A stretch of 64,000 nucleotides of DNA, taken from assembly GCA_951406725.2 (NCBI GenBank), contig OX597825.1, forward strand, positions 70,370,001-70,434,000. Reading direction: 5' to 3'. The position numbers and the translations under genes are program-made. The stretch is from Octopus vulgaris. Its lineage: Eukaryota. Positions 42,275-55,640 of this stretch are shown piece after piece. Position 1 is the first letter of the stretch, and each line of letters opens with the position of its first letter. The notes beneath the pieces were generated by a model, which saw only the letters and a list, made by a program, of their open reading frames with translations, was not told the origin of the DNA and ran no database searches.

Positions 42275-42838
42275 TTGTGTTTTTGTCCCCCACAACATCA
42301 CTTGACAACCGATGCTGGTGTGTTTATGTCCCCGTAACTTAGCAGTTCGGCTTAAAGAGACCGATAGAATAAGTACTAGGCTTACAAAGAATGAGTCCTG
42401 GGGTCGGTTTGCTCGACTAAAGGCGGTGCTCCAGCATGGCCGCAGTCAAATGGCTGAAACAAGTAAAAGAGTAAAGAGTATGACGTAGACGCTGGCGTGG
42501 CTTGGTGGTAAGAAGCTTGCTTCCCAGCCACATGGTTCCAAGTTCAGTCCCACTACATGGCATGTAGGACAAGTGTCTTCTACTATAGCCTCGGCACAAC
42601 CAAAGCCTTGTGAGTGGCTGTAGTAGACGGAAACTGAAAGAAGCCCGTCGTATGTATGTGTGTGCGTGTGTATACATATATATATATAGATGCAGGAGTG
42701 CCCGTGAGGTCTTACCAACCACATGGTTCTGGGTTCAGTCCCACTACATGGCACCTTGGGCAAGTGTCTTCTACTGTAGCCTCGGGCCGACCAAAGCCTT
42801 GTGAGTGGATTTGGTAGACAGAATCTAAAAGAAGCCCG

Positions 42839-42880
<42 letters not shown>

Positions 42881-43492
42881 CAATATTTAACAAAAACCTC
42901 TTTAAATGACGGACTGACCGTCTGCCAAGCAAATGGGAAGCAGTAATTTTTCAGTAGATTTCTTTCTGCTAGGTTGGTGGATTGGTAAAAGTGGGTAGAT
43001 GGGTAGGGAGGTAGGTAGGTAAAAAATATTTAAGGAAATTGAAATTTTATAAAAAATTACAAATATTTGTTAGTTGATATTTTTGTATAAAATTTGTCCG
43101 GTGGGATTTTGGCCTCGGTGGGATTTTGGCCTTGATGGGATTTTGTGCTGATACTGGTTAAGTTGGATATAAACAACATAGGCGCAGGAGTGGCTGTGTG
43201 GTAAGTAGCTTGTTTGCCAACCACATGGTTCCGGTTTCAGTCCCACTGTGTGGCACTTTTGGCAAGTGTCTTCTACTATTCCCTCAGGTCGACCAAAGCT
43301 TTGTGAGTGGATTTGGTAGAGGGAAACTGAAAGAAGCCCGTCGTATATATATATATATATACTCTTTTATTTGTTTCAGTCATTTGACTGCGGCCATGCT
43401 GGAGCACCGCCTTTAGTCGAGCAAATCGACCCCGGAACTTATTCTTTGTAAGCCCAGTACTTATTCTATCGGTCTCTTATGCCGAACCGCTA
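42048..43492. mobile_element. Family A SINE cluster (one full copy, three heads, one inverted tail)
   Basis: 42048-42480, 42490-42650, 42690-42840 and 43180-43345 (+); 43360-43492 (-). Confidence 0.85.
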
Positions 43493-43504
43493 AATATATA
43501 TATA

Positions 43505-43808
43505 CGTCACCCTTTTCAAGCCTAGCCAGGTTCATGAACCCAGTTTCCTGGTTTCTGTGGCGTATGTGTTCCCCCCAGCTGGACGGGACGCCAGTCCATC
43601 GCAGCGTTACTCAAGAAACAGGAAGAAAGAGTGAGAGAAAGTTGCGGCGAAAGAGTACAACAGGGGTCGCCACCACCCCCTGCTGGAGCCTTGTGGAACT
43701 TTTAAGTGTTTTCACTCAATAAACACACACAACGCCCGGTCTGGGAAGCGAAACCGCGATCCTCCGACCGCGAGTCCGCTGCCCTAACCATTGGGCCATT
43801 GCGCCCCC
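43505..43808 (-). mobile_element. tRNA-derived SINE family C, full length
   Basis: Minus strand head GGGGGCGCAATGGCCCAATGGTTAGGGCAGCGGACTCGCGGTCGGAGGATCGCGGTTTCG; tail contains CTGCGATGGACTGGCGTCCCGTCCAG. Confidence 0.85.
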
Positions 43809-43810
43809 AC

Positions 43811-43856
<46 letters not shown>

Positions 43857-44463
43857 TTGTACACCCACCATCGCTTGACAACTAAAGGCGGTGCTCCGCT
43901 GATGGTGGTGAGCCATGTCTCAAGCGGCCCGCTTTTCGTAAAAGGATGCCCGTTTCTGCTATCAAGTGTCCTCTTAGATACAGTGTTCTTGTTAGTTGTT
44001 GCTCCATTACATGCCATTAGTTTACTATAAGATGTCGAGGGAATTACTGTTTTGGGATGGTTGCTACAGCTGTTTGTCGTCTCTCCGTCCTTCGAGCAGT
44101 GCTTTGGAGAAGCAGTAGCCAGAGTGTGTGTGTATTGGTGCATGGGTGTGTGGCAGAGAGAGAAGGAACAGATGAGTGAGTAAAAGACGAAGAGAGAGGA
44201 AGTGCGGGGAAAGAAAGAGGGAGAGAGAGAACAATAAAAACGAGTATGAGAAAGAAATTGACAAAGAGTGTGCGTGTGAAAGAGAAAGGGAGAGAAAGAT
44301 GTGAGAAAAGAGAGAGAGTGAGAGACATGGAATCCTGTGAAAATGAGAAAGAGAGTGAGAAGGAAGAGAGTTACTTGGCCGTCTGGATGTTAGATAAAGA
44401 GAGCTAGTAAGAGAGGAACGAGTGAAATAGAAAGACAAGGAGTGTATGTTAGAGAAACAGAGA

Positions 44464-44502
<39 letters not shown>

Positions 44503-44597
44503 GTGGTAGAATTTGAAATAAATTAGGTTGCTGTGACAAATCAGTCGTTTGTTTAGTGGAAAACAGTGTCGACTCGTTATATGTGTGTGCGTATATG

Positions 44598-44644
<47 letters not shown>

Positions 44645-44719
44645 TAACAACTTCACTATTTATGTGTGTATACACTCATCCACACCTACATCCGCATGTA
44701 CATTCACATATACATCCAC

Positions 44720-44783
44720 ATACATATATATATATATATGCATATATGTGTATTTATCTATGTATGATATATATATGTATGTA

Positions 44784-44822
<39 letters not shown>

Positions 44823-45295
44823 GTATGTATGTATATGTATATATATTTATGTATATGTATATATATGTATATGTATGTATGTATATGTATATATATTTAT
44901 GTATATGTATATATATGTATATGTATGTATGTATATGTATATGTATGTATATATGTATATGTATGTATATATGTATATGTATGTATGTATATATATGTAT
45001 ATGTATATGTATGTATATATGTATCTGTATGTATATGTATGTATATATGTATCTGTATGTATGTATGCATATATATGTATATGTATGTATGTATGTATAT
45101 ATATATGTATGTATGTATATATGTATATGTATGTATGTATATATGTATATGTATATGTATGTATATATGTATATGTATGTATGTATATATGTATATGTAT
45201 GTATATATATGTATGTATGTATGTATATGTATGTATGTATGTATATATATGTATATGTATGTATATATGTATGTATGTGTATATGTATATATGAT
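44720..45295. repeat. (TATG/TATATG)n microsatellite
   Basis: Direct inspection. Confidence 0.95.
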
Positions 45296-45616
45296 TGAAA
45301 AGATAGATATGTGTGTGCGCGTACGTGTGTGTGTGTAACTATGTATGCATGTATATATGTTAACGTCGGTGTGAGGGGGCGCTTTTGTGTCATTCCTTAA
45401 AATACCCAGCACCCAGCCAAATCGACGCCTTTAACGTCGAATTAGTCGACCCCTTATTGTCTAAAAATGTCCGACTGTGTAGGTTGAGAGTTAAGAAGGA
45501 AACAAAATATGAAATTGAGAGAAAAAAAAAAGGCTTTAATCGAGCGAGATAGGCGACTGAACTGGTGATACAGCTGGTTGGAATCTGTGTTGGAATTTTG
45601 CATGGTGTCGATATAT

Positions 45617-45848
45617 ATTTCTTTATTGCCCACAAGGAGCTAAACACAGAGGGGACAAACAAGGACAGGCAAAGGGATTAAGTCGATTACATCGACCCCA
45701 GTGCGTAACTGGTACTTAATTTATCGACCCCGGAAGGATGAAAGGCAAAGTCGACCTCGGCGGAATTTGAATTCACAATGTAACGGCAGATGAAACACCG
45801 CAAAGCATTTCGCCCGGCGTGCTAACGTTTCTGCCAGCTCGCCGCCTT
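45617..45848 (-). mobile_element. SINE family B, full length
   Basis: Matches the family B consensus. Confidence 0.9.
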
Positions 45849-45988
45849 TATGGTGTCGATATATTCTGTCTGTTTCATAGTTATTTCATTAAATTTAGTG
45901 CAGACATGGGCTGTGAGTCTGTGTGAGATTGAAATGTTTGGATTTATTCTTCCTAAAGACGTGCAGTGGTTTCGGGTTTGATTCTTGA

Positions 45989-46742
45989 CCGATGGTTCTC
46001 AACTGGGGTCCACGTGAACTTTGTGGGTCGATATGAGATTTTGTTGTTAAAATTATCTACAATAAATTGGTTTATACTTCTGCAATACACAAAATATTTT
46101 TTTTTCATGCAATTCCTAATAATATTTTATTATAACAATATAATAGGATTTTTTTAAAAATACTGACTAGACGCAGGAGTGGCTGTGTGGTAAGTAGCTT
46201 GCTTACCAATCACATGGTTCCGGGTTCAGTCCCATTGCGTGGCATCTTGGGCAAGTGTCTCCTACTATAGCCTCGGGCCAACCAAAGCCTTGTGAGTAGA
46301 TTGGGTAGACGGAAACTGAAAGAAGCCCGTCGTAAATATGTGTGTGTGTATGTTTGTGTGTCTGTGTTATATATATATAATGTATGTATGTATGTGCGTG
46401 TGTATTTATGTGTGTTTGTCCCACCACTACTGATTGACAACCGATGGTGGTGTGGGATCTTTTAAGATCCGTGGTGTGTTTATGTACCCCGTAACTTAAC
46501 GGTTCGGCAAATAGGATAATGATAGACTAAGTACTAGGTTTGCAAAGAATAAGTCCTGGGGTCGATTTCTTCGACTAAAATCCTTTATGACGGTGCTCCA
46601 GCATGGCCGCAGTCAAATGACTGATAAAAGAATAAAGAAATAAATTGGGCATACTTCTATAGAAAGGGCATGAGGGTTCAGTAAAGTAAATCAGGAATCA
46701 AAGGGTTCCATGGGTAAAAAGAACATCGTTGAGAACCCCTAG
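45989..46742. mobile_element. hAT MITE copy interrupted by a family A SINE (46170-46640, +)
   Basis: Ends GGTTCTCAACTGGGGTCC and GTTGAGAACCCCT resemble 30405-30617. Confidence 0.75.
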
Positions 46743-47204
46743 ATTAAATCCTTCAAAGTGGTGCTCCAGCATGGTCGTGGTCGATGACTGAAACAAATAA
46801 AAGGTAGAAAAGATTAACAATATTGTGTGATCTACTTAACCTTTCCACCTTTCATACACCCTTCTTCTCTCTCTCTCTCTCTCTCTCCCCCCTTTATTTC
46901 TCTTTCAATTCTCTCAGCGGGTTCTCTACCCCCACTTCTCCCTTCTTATTTCAAGTAATCCCCTTAAGACTGTCTATTCTGCCTGACCCCTTCCACTCCT
47001 TTCAACCACTTGTCTTGTTGTCTTGTGCCTTGTCAAACTTGAAATTCTCGAAGTCGGGGTCAACACGTGACCTACTGACCCAAATTTGATGTTTGCTTTA
47101 ACTTTTCACCCCTTTTTTACTTCAACAAGATTTAATGCTACCTGTTGGATTGTAGCCGAGGAAAAGAAATGAATGCTTGCCACAGCTTCCATTCCGTAAT
47201 ACAT

Positions 47205-47395
47205 CCTCTCTTTTACTCTTTTACTTGTTTCAGTCATTTGACTGTTGCATTCTGGAGCACCGCCTTTAGTCGAGCAAATCGACCCCAGGACTTATTCTTT
47301 GTAAGCCTAGTACTTATTCTATCGGTCTCTTTTGCCGAACCGCCAAGTTATGGGGACGTAAGCACACCACCATCGGTTGTCAAGCGATTTTGGGG

Positions 47396-47430
<35 letters not shown>

Positions 47431-47545
47431 GTATATATATATATATACATTACTTAATATATACATATATACGACGGGCTTCTTTCAGTTTCCGTTTACC
47501 AAATCCACTCACAAGGCTTTGGTCGGCCCGAGGCTATAGTAAACA
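47205..47545 (-). mobile_element. SINE family A, head truncated
   Basis: Matches the family A consensus. Confidence 0.85.
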
Positions 47546-47594
47546 AACTAACACCGGTTGTCAAGTAGTGATGGAGAACAACCACACACACAAA

Positions 47595-47629
<35 letters not shown>

Positions 47630-47777
47630 TCAGTCACAAAGATATTTCAGTTACCCTTTATCAACTCCACTCTCAAGGTTTTGGTAGGCTTGAGATTATT
47701 GTAGAAGAAACTGAACAGAAGATTACACGGCTAGAAAGCTAACTTCTTAACTATACAGCCACGATATATAATATATA

Positions 47778-48052
47778 TTACGGATATGTACTTGCATAGC
47801 AAGTGACTTGATCTGAGAGCGTGTGCTGGAACGAAAACAATTGCAGCGTGGAAGGTGTTTATAAGCCATTTAAGAAACACACAAAAACCGTTAGATTCAC
47901 TTCAACATTTAAATTTAATTTGTCAAAATATTTTCGTCGTTTTGAGACCGCGACCTGTTCACTGACAAAACTTCGTGATGCATCACGTAAATCTAACGGT
48001 TTTTGTGTGTTTCTTAAATGTCTCATAAACACCTTCCACGCTGCAATTGTTT
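47778..48052 (-). mobile_element. Penelope-like pLTR fragment with ~60-bp inverted arms (47835-47896 / 47990-48052) in (TA)n
   Basis: AACAATTGCAGCGTGGAAGGTGTTTAT..CCGTTAGATT is mirrored; a hammerhead lies in the spacer. Confidence 0.75.
47919..47969 (-). ncRNA. Type I hammerhead ribozyme with a swapped G3-C8 core
   Basis: Stem I UUUGUCA/UGACAAA; core GUGAACA; G-GUCG..CGAC; GAA; palindromic stem III AAUAUU. UUU cleavage predicted between 47926 and 47925. Confidence 0.7.
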
Positions 48053-48140
48053 ATATATATATATATATATTAATGCATGTCTGTGCATCTATACATGTAT
48101 ACATACATATATACATGCTTGCATATACATATTCACACTT

Positions 48141-48203
<63 letters not shown>

Positions 48204-48439
48204 TATGTGTGTGTGAGTGTGTGTGTGTGTGTGTGTGTGCGTGAACCTGTGTGTTTGGATAGATATAAGGATATATATGTGTGTTATGTGTGTATATATG
48301 AGAAATGTACATACACATATTTACATAGAAAATTTTTGAAGAAATTTTTAGAAATAAAATCAAACATCAAGCAATTCTAAATAATTCAGAACAGACGAAA
48401 CAAGGAAAAGTGGGGGAGGAACTTCTCCCACCTCCATCA

Positions 48440-48551
48440 AAATAATAATAGCAATAGCAATAATAATAATAATAATAATAATAACAATAATAGTAATAGT
48501 AATAATAACAATAATAATAATAATAACAATAATAGTAATAGTAATAATAAC

Positions 48552-48612
<61 letters not shown>

Positions 48613-48692
48613 GTAATAATAACAATAATAATAACAATAATAATAATAATAACAATAATAACTAATAATAATAATAATAATAATAATAATAG
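48440..48692. repeat. (AAT)n microsatellite with AAC/AGT variants
   Basis: Direct inspection. Confidence 0.95.
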
Positions 48693-49384
48693 TAAAAAGC
48701 TAACAAGACCTAAAATCCTGACAAAACTAACAATAGTTCTTTTACTGTGCTTCTTGGAATGTAGTCTATTTACACCATATGTTTAATACATAACAAGGAA
48801 TTCTTCAGAATAAAGGGAATGGTTTTGTCTTTAGTTGGGGGTAACGAGTTGTTGTTGCTTTATTGTTTGTTTTAATTTTGACAGATATTATTTCTATTAT
48901 TTAAGACGAGGAAACTGTGTTAGATTCTATGTTACTGGAATCTAATGGTGAAATGTTTCTATTCGTTCGTCGTCGTCGTCGTCGACGCCGCTACAGTTGC
49001 TGTTTGGTCGCAGGCCAGTTCTGTTACGAGCGCATCTACCATATTTCTGTTTTTTTTTGGCATTCAGGTTGACGTAGTATACACTCTAAACTTGTAGTTC
49101 TCGATCATTATTTTTAACCATGGCCCCCACCTTTGATTACTATTCTTTAATTCAGATGGATCCCCATTGCCATTCGATGTCATAAAACCAATTTTATAGG
49201 TACTTCTTTCCAAGTCCCTATTTTGTGCATCACACATTCCCTTGTGGAAGCTGAACTGTGTAAAACACCAGAGAAAGAAACGTTAATTACTGTTTTTAGT
49301 AATAAAATATATATAAAGCAAAAAAATTTTTTTTTGTGAACCCATAAAATACTATAATGAACCGCCTTTAGTCGAGGGACCGTT

Positions 49385-49439
<55 letters not shown>

Positions 49440-49442
<3 letters not shown>

Positions 49443-49870
49443 TCTTACTCTTTTACTTTGCTACTTGTTTCAGTCATGTGACTGTGGCCATGCTGGAGCA
49501 CCGCCTTTTAGCCGGGAAAATCGACCCCAGGACTTATATTTTGGAAGCCTAGTACTTATTCTATCGGTCTCTTTTGCCGAACCGCTAAGTTACGGGGACG
49601 TAAACGCACCACCATCGGTTGTCAAGCGATGTTGGGGGGGACAAACACAGACGCACAAACATAGACACACACACACACACACACACACACATACTTACTT
49701 GTATATATATATAAATACGACGGGCTTCTTTCAGTTTCCGTCTTCCAAATACACTCACAAGGCTTTAGTCGGCCCGAGGCTATAGTAGAAGAGACTTGCC
49801 CAAGATGCCACGCAATGAGAATGAACCCAGAACAATGTGGTTGGTAAGTAAGCTACTTACCACACAGCCA
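49440..49870 (-). mobile_element. SINE family A
   Basis: Matches the consensus; outer part mirrored at 51954-52106. Confidence 0.9.
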
Positions 49871-50329
49871 ACACACATATATATGTATATATGTATATGT
49901 ACGTTTGTGTGTGTGTGCATGTATGTGTGTAAATTTGTATGTATATATATGGATGTATTATCACTATAGGTTTGTTTCCCGACTTCACATAATTGGCAAT
50001 CTTTTGTCTTAAAAACATAAAGGCGGAAAATGACAAGAAAAGAGTTCAAAGCCTAGGAATGTACAAAAATAAACTTGTCTATTGTCAGTAAACAGAGCGA
50101 ATAAATAAATAATTCAAAGTAGGTTATTAAGTGCATTATTATAGATTTGTTTTCATTTCTCATGCTAAAATAATTACAAATCGACAAGTAAAATAAACTA
50201 AAATATTATCGGAAAGTTTACGGAACTCCATTTAAAAATTTTTCTTGTGTATACTTCAAATAAATATTTGGAATCTTCAGTTTCGCTCACAGATTTTTCA
50301 GTTACTATTTTTTTTTTTAAATAAACAGT

Positions 50330-50500
50330 TTGAAACTTCGTATACTGGTGTAATTTCTCACTCTGAACACGGTTTACTTTCAACATTTTTGACAAAATTT
50401 CGTATTTTAGAGAAGTTATTTCGTGTTGCAGTTGTCGTATTTGGGTAATTTTAACCAATCAACGACGTGTATTCAGTTGAAGAAAGCTAGTGCTGTTTGC
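50330..50500 (+). mobile_element. Diverged arm of the 25646-26284 MITE family
   Basis: GAAGTTATTTCGTGTTGCAGTTGTCGTATTTGGGTAATTTTAACCAATCAACGACGTGTATTCAG aligns by eye with 25781-25850. Confidence 0.6.
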
Positions 50501-50671
50501 AATAGCAATCGAAGAGCAACAACTTCCGGGTCATCATCTCTAATACATGTCACCACTCTGTTCCATTTTATTTTTGTTTACTGCCTTTTTGCATTTTCCT
50601 CACTCGTACAAAGAGGCGATCGAAAAGCAAAAATAAACAAATAAATAAAAATCGAAAGCATGTAATATGCA

Positions 50672-50845
50672 GCACCCATTAGACTCTCGGAGTGGTTGGT
50701 GTTAGGAAAGGCATCAAGCTGTAGAAACCATGCCAAATCAAACGGGAGTCTTGTGTAGCCCTCAGCTTACCAGCCCTGGTCAATACCGTCCAAGCCATGC
50801 CAGCATGGACAACATACGTTAAATGATTATGATGATGATGATGAA
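50672..50845 (+). mobile_element. 3' part of an RTE-related SINE or non-autonomous element
   Basis: GGAGTGGTTGGTGTTAGGAAAGGCATCAAGCTGTAGAAA..CATGCCAGCATGGA followed by a (GAT)n tail. Confidence 0.55.
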
Positions 50846-51622
50846 AGCGAATGATCACCAAATAACTGTTTGTAATGTGAACACTATGGTCAAATACCAA
50901 GAATTCTCCCGGCATCAGAACTACAAAAACTTTGTACTGCCTATATTCTAAGAAAAACATTGTCAACTTGAAAACACCTGATTCTCTTAAAACTCAATCG
51001 AACCTAAAATTTTAGAAATTCAATATAATCACAGTTCTGGCTTTGTGGGGTCCACCTGAATAAAATGGTAATCAAATGGTGAAAAATCACAGGTGAAAAA
51101 AATGTTTGAGAACCAATAATTTATAGAAACAAGACTGAAATTATCTGACCTATTTTAACAGTTTTCCCTTCTGGTCGTCCTTACTCCCGTCCCCTTATCC
51201 ACCCTCCCCTTATCCACACTCTACCCGACTATCAAACATCATACACCGCCAGCGGGGACGGCTATCAATCAAACTTCTGTTTTGTACTTTTTATGTTTAA
51301 TTATAATGGCTGTGACTAAGCTCAAGGTAGCCCTCTGCCCCGAATGCCATCGACATATAATCATTTTATTTCATGCTTTTCTTGTTGTAGTTGTTGTTTT
51401 GTTCAGGTTTTAATTGTGTCTGCCTTCTTAATATTCGAAGTAAAAACAGTGAACGGGGGGAAGAAAAACAGCCGCAGGAATAAGTTTCAGTTTTGATTTA
51501 GGGAAAAAGATATGTGACAAGAAAAAAAAACCCATTTCACATAACTATTAATATATACTTTATAGCACACACACACACACACACATACATACATACATAC
51601 ATACATACATACATACATACAT

Positions 51623-51654
<32 letters not shown>

Positions 51655-51699
51655 GCACACACACACACATACACACAAAAATTTATAGACATAAATGTA

Positions 51700-52048
51700 T
51701 ACGTGGTTCCGGGTTCAGTCCCACTGCGTGGCACCTTGCGCAGCTATCTTCTAATATAGCTTTGTGAGTAGATTTGGTAGATAGAAACTGAAAGAAGCCC
51801 GTAATATATATATGTGTGTATGTAGGTTTGTGTGTCTGTGTTTGCTCCCTCCCCCCAGCATTGCTTGACAACCGATGCTGGTGTGTTTACGTCCCCCGTA
51901 ACTTAGCGGTTCGGCAAAAGAGTCCGATAGAATAAGTACTAAGCTTACAAAGAATAAGTCCTGGGGTCGATTTTCCCGGCTAAAAGGCGGTGCTCCAGCA
52001 TGGCCACAGTCACATGACTGAAACAAGTAGCAAAGTAAAAGAGTAAGA

Positions 52049-52096
<48 letters not shown>

Positions 52097-52630
52097 AACG
52101 GTCCCTGGTTCGTTCCCGGGTTTCAGCATCCGGTAGTTGGCACAAATTTTGAATGGCGGTGCCCCAGCATGGCTGAGCTGAAACTAGATAAAATATAAAA
52201 TTAAAATGTCCGTTTCCATTGATCCAGATACTTCCGCCTTCATTGACACTTATACATTCCTGGCTTAGCTACCAGTCTATTTCCTTCCCCTAATATTTCA
52301 TAGCTGGAAATTCCCCCCACACCACCCCAACGCCACCAAAAAAACCCCTCCGTAATGAATTCTTGGGTTATTGTTACCAAATAAGGGGAATCTTAGTGGT
52401 TTTCGTGGCTGTTTACAATTATCTTTTAAAAAAATTTCTTATTGGTGCAGGAGTGGTTGTGTGGTAAGTAGCTTGCTTACCAATCACATGGTTCCGGGTT
52501 CAGTCCCACTGCGTGGCACCTTGGGTAAGTGTCTTCCGCTATAGCATCGGGCCGACGAAAGCCTTGTGAGTGGATTTGGTGGACGGAAACTGAAAGAAGC
52601 CCATCGTATATATGCATATATATATGTATG

Positions 52631-52664
<34 letters not shown>

Positions 52665-52890
52665 TGTATTATGGATGGATGTATGTATGTGTTTGTGTGT
52701 CTGTGTTTGTCCCACCAACATCGCTTGACAACCGATGGTGCTGTGTTTACGTCCTCGTAAATTAGCGGTTCGGCAAAATACACCGATAGAATAAGTACTA
52801 GGCTTTGAAAGAATAAGCTCAGGGGTCGATTTGCTCGACTAAAGGCGGTGCTCCAGCATGGCCGCAGTCGAATGACTGAAACAAGTAAAA
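51700..52890 (+). mobile_element. Two family A SINEs (51700-52050, 52444-52890)
   Basis: Both match the family A consensus. Confidence 0.88.
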
Positions 52891-53061
52891 CAATTAAATA
52901 ATAAGAGAAATATACACATATATATATATACATATATATACACATATATATATATATATACTTATACATACGGTGGGCTTATTTTCAGTTTCCGTCTACC
53001 AAACCAACTCATAAGGCTTTGGTCAGCCCGGAGCTATACTAGAAGTCACTTGCTCAAGATG

Positions 53062-53112
<51 letters not shown>

Positions 53113-53323
53113 GACTGTGGTCGGAAAGTAAGCTACTTACTACACAGCCTTGCCAGCACCCAATTTTTGTCGTCATTTTGTTGTTAAATTGTCATTTTAT
53201 TGTCTACAGGTGTGTCTATAAATCTGTAAATCTCCTCTATCTTTTGTCTTTGTATTGAGATAATTTTTTAGCCGCAAGCTCAAAAAAAGTCGACGTTGTC
53301 GTCGTCGTCGTCGTCACCACTAC

Positions 53324-53355
<32 letters not shown>

Positions 53356-53813
53356 ACACCAACAACAATATCACCACCATCAACGTCGTCGTTGTTATTT
53401 AACGCTGAACTTGTTCTAAGCTTCACTCTCGCTCATATATTTTTAACGTTTTCTTTGAAGTTTCTGTGTATTCTATGAGTGGTAGTTTAATGCTGGGAAA
53501 TAAGATCGTAGTGGAAAAGGGGACAGTATATTATGGGCTTTTGTTTTGAAAGGAGTCGAGGTGATTGTGGAAGGGGTTTTCAACCTGTCCCACTTCAGCC
53601 AACCTGTCCCACTTCCGCGAACACCTGTTAGTACATGCACGGTATTTCTGCATGTACCGAATCACTGTAACTTCTAATCACACGCACACACACACACACA
53701 CACACACACTCAAACATACATAGCCAAACATCTATATACATATACGTACATACACGTATACATATACATATACAGACTCACACTTGCAAACGCAACGTTC
53801 TGAGTTCAAATTC

Positions 53814-53847
<34 letters not shown>

Positions 53848-54077
53848 ACGACCTCGAACTCACAAGTGTAAACAAGAGAGACAGAGAAAGGCAGAAACAA
53901 GGAAAATGCCACTTATATTTGAACACTTAACAAATACTCTTTTTAAAAAACTTTTCTTTTAATTTTTCTAAATTTAATTATTTAATCGTTACGGTTGAAC
54001 AGGTCTCAAATGACTGAAACCGGTACTGAAATGTTCTTCATAAAATTATTTTAGCATTTTCTATCTTGACTTGTTTT

Positions 54078-54122
<45 letters not shown>

Positions 54123-54229
54123 CTGATATTCACGTCGTTGAATCTTTGGATTTCTGAATTCAATTGTGTTGTTACAATACAACGTATGTTTACGTATTTG
54201 GGTAATATATTAAAGTTTTCAAGTTTTCT

Positions 54230-55290
54230 TGAGATGTTCGTTTGTCTGTCCAGTTGGAGAATACAGTAGGACTTTTGCAATGAAAAAGATGTTTACGATT
54301 TCGAATACTCAGGGAGAGTCAAAAAGAAAAGAAAGCTAGTTGTAGATAGTAAAGTTTTAAGATTTACTAAATATGGTCTTTTGCATGAATGCACAGAGAG
54401 AAATGGCAGTGTTCTTAGAATAAAAAAGGTGGATGCTGTTTACATTATTCGAATACTCAGGGAGAAAGGAAAGGATAGGTATTCACTGTAGTTGTAAATA
54501 TTAAAAGTTCTTTTTTCTTTTTAAAGCTAATCGTTTGTGTGTTCGAAAGCTGTAGGTATGTAAGCTTCCTCATTTATTTTATTTTGAGGAAGTTTTAAAA
54601 TATTCACAGGAAATTGTAGATATTCCAGTCTTTGAGAATAGTAGGAAGAAGAGATGTTCGCCTTGTTGGAGTTTTGAATTTCTTTTTCTTTTTCTTTTGG
54701 AATTTTCCTTTTCTTTTTAAAAGTTTTGCTGTTGTTTACAGTTTTTGTGGTTGTGCAGTATGTATATATTGGTAGGTGCTTACTCCCTTAATTTTTTATT
54801 ATGCATTTAATTGTTGTTACAATAAATGGCATGTTTACATATTCTGTTAGTCAGAGAAATTAGAGATTCTAAATTTTTTGAGGTGTTCGTTTTATGTCCG
54901 TTAAGAGAAGACTGGTGTTTTTTGCAACAAAAGGGATGTTTGCATTTTCGAATATTCAGAGAAAAGGGAACGGGAAAAAAAGGAAGGTAAATTTTTTTCA
55001 CAGAAAATTGTAGATATTAAGGGTTTAAAATTTACTGCAGATGATTTTTTTGTGTCTGTCCGAACAGAGAAAACTGTAGTGTTCTTGGAATAAAGAGGAT
55101 GTCTACATTTTCGAATACTCAGAGGGAAGGAAAGGATAGGTATTCACAGAAGTTGTTGATATTAAAGGCTTTTAAACTGATCGTTTATGTATTCGAAAGC
55201 TGTAGATATGTAAGTTTCTTAACTTATTTTGAGGAAAATTCAAAATACTCACAGGAAACTAGATATTCCAGTCTTTTAGAGTTATTTTTA
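54230..55290. repeat. Diverged tandem duplication (~650-bp period, ~150-bp subunits)
   Basis: TTCGAATA(C/T)TCAG recurs at ~54300, 54448, 54947 and 55110. AAGGATAGGTATTCAC and GATATTCCAGTCTTT each occur twice, ~650 bp apart. Confidence 0.75.
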
Positions 55291-55359
55291 CAGTTGTCTT
55301 GCCGGGTAGTATTAGTGTTTCTATGACATAAGCTGCTGACAAATCAGAGCAGTGAAGAA

Positions 55360-55399
<40 letters not shown>

Positions 55400-55419
55400 G
55401 TTATTATTATTATTATTAT

Positions 55420-55640
55420 TGGCAGAAACGTTAGCACGCCGGGCGAAATGCTTAGCAGTATTTCGTCTGCCGCTACGTTCTGAGTTCAAATTCCGCCGAG
55501 GTCGACTTTGCCTTTTTCATCCTTTCGGGATCGATTAAATAAGTACCAGTTACGTACTGGGGTCGATGTAATCGATTTTAGTCCCTTTGTTCTTGTTTGT
55601 CCCCTCTATGATTAGCCCCTTGTGGGCAATAAGCAATTGA
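55420..55640 (+). mobile_element. SINE family B inserted in an (ATT)n tract
   Basis: Matches the family B consensus. Confidence 0.85.

Noticed and set aside
54230-55290. Spaced short repeats as a possible CRISPR-like array
   Set aside because: The spacers are homologous to each other, the periods are too long, the context is eukaryotic and there are no cas genes.
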